A DNA stretch of 54,678 bases from contig CAZBUP010000002.1 of NCBI GenBank assembly GCA_964495145.1, positions 1 through 54,678 of the forward strand, read 5' to 3'. A program made the position numbers and the translations under genes. The first letter of the stretch is position 1, and each line of letters begins with the position of its first letter. A model generated the notes under the pieces. It worked only from the letters and a program-made list of their open reading frames with translations, was not told the DNA's origin and did no database searches. Source of the stretch: an uncultured Staphylococcaceae bacterium. Its GTDB lineage: Bacteria > Bacillota_I > Bacilli_A > RFN20 > CAG-826. Shown piece by piece: positions 53,173 through 54,678 of this stretch.

Positions 53173-54678
53173 ATGAAAATATCGTTAAACTGGGTCAAAC
53201 AGTACGTTGATTTATCGGGGATCGAACCCGCGACCATCGCCGAAAAACTGACTAACGCCGGCTTGGAAGTCGAGGCCATCGACCGCCTAGCCGTAGGTAC
53301 CCAACTCATTACCGGCTTCGTCAAAGAAGCCCACTTGATGGAAAATAGCGATCACTTGAGCGTTTGCCAAGTCGATCTCGGCCCCGCTTATGGCGTGGTG
53401 CCGATCGTCTGCGGCGCGCCTAACGTTGCCACCGGGCAAACGGTGATCGTGGCCCGGCCTGGAGCCGAACTCGCCCAAGTCCGCATCGGCAAATCGACCA
53501 TCCGCGGCTATGAAAGCCAGGGGATGATTTGCTCCTTGCTGGAACTCGGTGTCGATTCCAAACGGCTTTCGCAAGCCTCAATCGACGGGATTGAAGTCCT
53601 GCCTGAGGGAACCCCAATCGGCCGCGAGGACGTCTTGAGCCTGCTCGGGCTCGATGACGTCATTTTGACGATCAAAGTCTTGGCCAATCGTCCTGACGCC
53701 TTGGGGATTTATAACGTCGCCCGGGAATTGTCGATCCTTTTCGACCGACCTTTGAAGCCATGGATTCGACCCTTGAAAAACGGACCGGCGCCGGTTTTCG
53801 AAGTCAATGTGAAAACGAATAAATGCCCGCAATTCTCGATTCGAATCGTCAAAGGGATTGGCTCAGGCGTTACCCCGAAACCGATCGCGCAAGCGCTTTT
53901 GGCCATGGGCATGCGGCCGATTAGCCCCTTGGTCGACCTTTCAAATTACATCATGCTCCTCACCGGGCAACCGCTGCATTTTTATGATTTGGACCGGCTT
54001 CCCGAACCGCGCTTGACCATCGTCGACGATTTAGCGGCCCCCTTCCTGGCTTTGGATGAAAAAACCTATGAAGTGCAGCCGGGTGACATTGCCATCGTTT
54101 CCGGGTCGACGATCGCCTGCTTGGCCGGCGTCATGGGCAGCCGTCTGACCGGCGTGACCGATACTACCAAGAACATCGCCATCGAAGCGGCCAATTTCTA
54201 CGGACCGGCCGTTCGTCAAACTTCGATCAGGCTCAATTTGCCTTCGGAATCGAGCCAACGTTTCATTAAGGGCATCAACCCGCACCAAGCCGAAGAAGTA
54301 TTGGATTTGACCATTGCTTTGATCGGTGAAGTTTTGGGTTACGATACCTATTCGAAGTCGATCGCCCACGACCGAGTCGACCACCAATTGAAACGAATCC
54401 CCTTCACCCATGCGGCCATCAACCGCCGCTTGGGCAGCCAATTCACGCCAACGGAGATCGATGACACCTTGAAGCGAATCGGCATCCAGGTTGTCGAAGG
54501 ACCGCAACCCATAGCGGTAGTCCCGGCCCATCGTATCGACATCGACGGCGTGGCGGACTTATCCGAGGAAGTCATCCGCATCCGCGGTTTCCAACATATC
54601 GAGGTCAAACTTCCGTCCTTGACGGCTTTGCATACCGGCTTGACGGCATCGCAAGCCAAACTCGAACGCGTCAGGCAA
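53173..54678 (+). CDS. pheT: Phenylalanyl-tRNA synthetase beta subunit; the 3' end lies outside the window
   Basis: This gene is not in the ORF track because no stop occurs before the window end. ATG 53173 follows an AAAGGA RBS. My translation MKISLNWVKQYVDLSG is the canonical PheT N-terminus, followed by the tRNA-binding domain (HLSVCQVDLG...IVCGAPN). The frame is open for 502 codons to the window edge. Confidence 0.9.
   Translation, partial: MKISLNWVKQYVDLSGIEPATIAEKLTNAGLEVEAIDRLAVGTQLITGFVKEAHLMENSDHLSVCQVDLGPAYGVVPIVCGAPNVATGQTVIVARPGAELAQVRIGKSTIRGYESQGMICSLLELGVDSKRLSQASIDGIEVLPEGTPIGREDVLSLLGLDDVILTIKVLANRPDALGIYNVARELSILFDRPLKPWIRPLKNGPAPVFEVNVKTNKCPQFSIRIVKGIGSGVTPKPIAQALLAMGMRPISPLVDLSNYIMLLTGQPLHFYDLDRLPEPRLTIVDDLAAPFLALDEKTYEVQPGDIAIVSGSTIACLAGVMGSRLTGVTDTTKNIAIEAANFYGPAVRQTSIRLNLPSESSQRFIKGINPHQAEEVLDLTIALIGEVLGYDTYSKSIAHDRVDHQLKRIPFTHAAINRRLGSQFTPTEIDDTLKRIGIQVVEGPQPIAVVPAHRIDIDGVADLSEEVIRIRGFQHIEVKLPSLTALHTGLTASQAKLERVRQ

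Noticed and set aside
1-54678. I searched by eye for CRISPR repeats, IS or transposase genes, integrases, phage genes, toxin-antitoxin pairs, restriction-modification or other defence genes, rRNA or tRNA genes, and tandem-repeat arrays.
   Set aside because: None was found. All long ORFs are accounted for by housekeeping homologues or by the few orphans listed. The intergenic regions are short and are explained by promoters, leaders and terminators, apart from 31211-31435.

Overview
This is a dense, almost entirely housekeeping chromosomal segment with about 52 protein genes. I found no rRNA or tRNA genes, no CRISPR array, and no transposase, integrase or phage genes. The standard genetic code fits, and GC looks mid-range by eye (not computed). 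Gene content and local order closely mirror the Bacillus subtilis ys/yt chromosomal region, so the source is probably a Bacilli-type Firmicute or a close relative. The matching genes are glgD-glgA, leuS, pepV, trmB, ytoP, ytpR, tyrS, rpsD, ezrA, infC-rpmI-rplT, thrS, pfkA-pyk, dnaB-dnaI, polA-mutM-coaE, dnaE, nrnA, ackA, glgB/glgP, ysgA-pheST.

The regulatory layer is readable from the sequence:
- Four T-box riboswitch leaders (leuS, tyrS, thrS, pheST).
- An L20-type attenuator leader in front of infC, and infC itself appears to start at AUA.
- A long rpsD leader.
- Several near-consensus sigma-A promoters.
- Three bidirectional intrinsic terminators.

Many neighbouring genes are translationally coupled through ATGA, GTGA or TAATG overlaps.

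I did not find a convincing novel multi-gene system such as a defence island, biosynthetic cluster or secretion system. The unusual items are single loci:
- A fused two-domain pyruvoyl AdoMetDC/SpeD homologue with one dead copy and no polyamine gene context (30389-31210).
- An EzrA homologue that lacks its N-terminal membrane anchor.
- A MutM-CoaE fusion protein.
- An ADP-ribosylglycohydrolase-like protein with a degenerate metal site.
- A very acidic orphan lipoprotein.
- A complete gcvT-H-PA-PB-lpd operon with a compact E3 and no glycine riboswitch.

All functional calls come from my own recognition of motifs and synteny. No database search was run.
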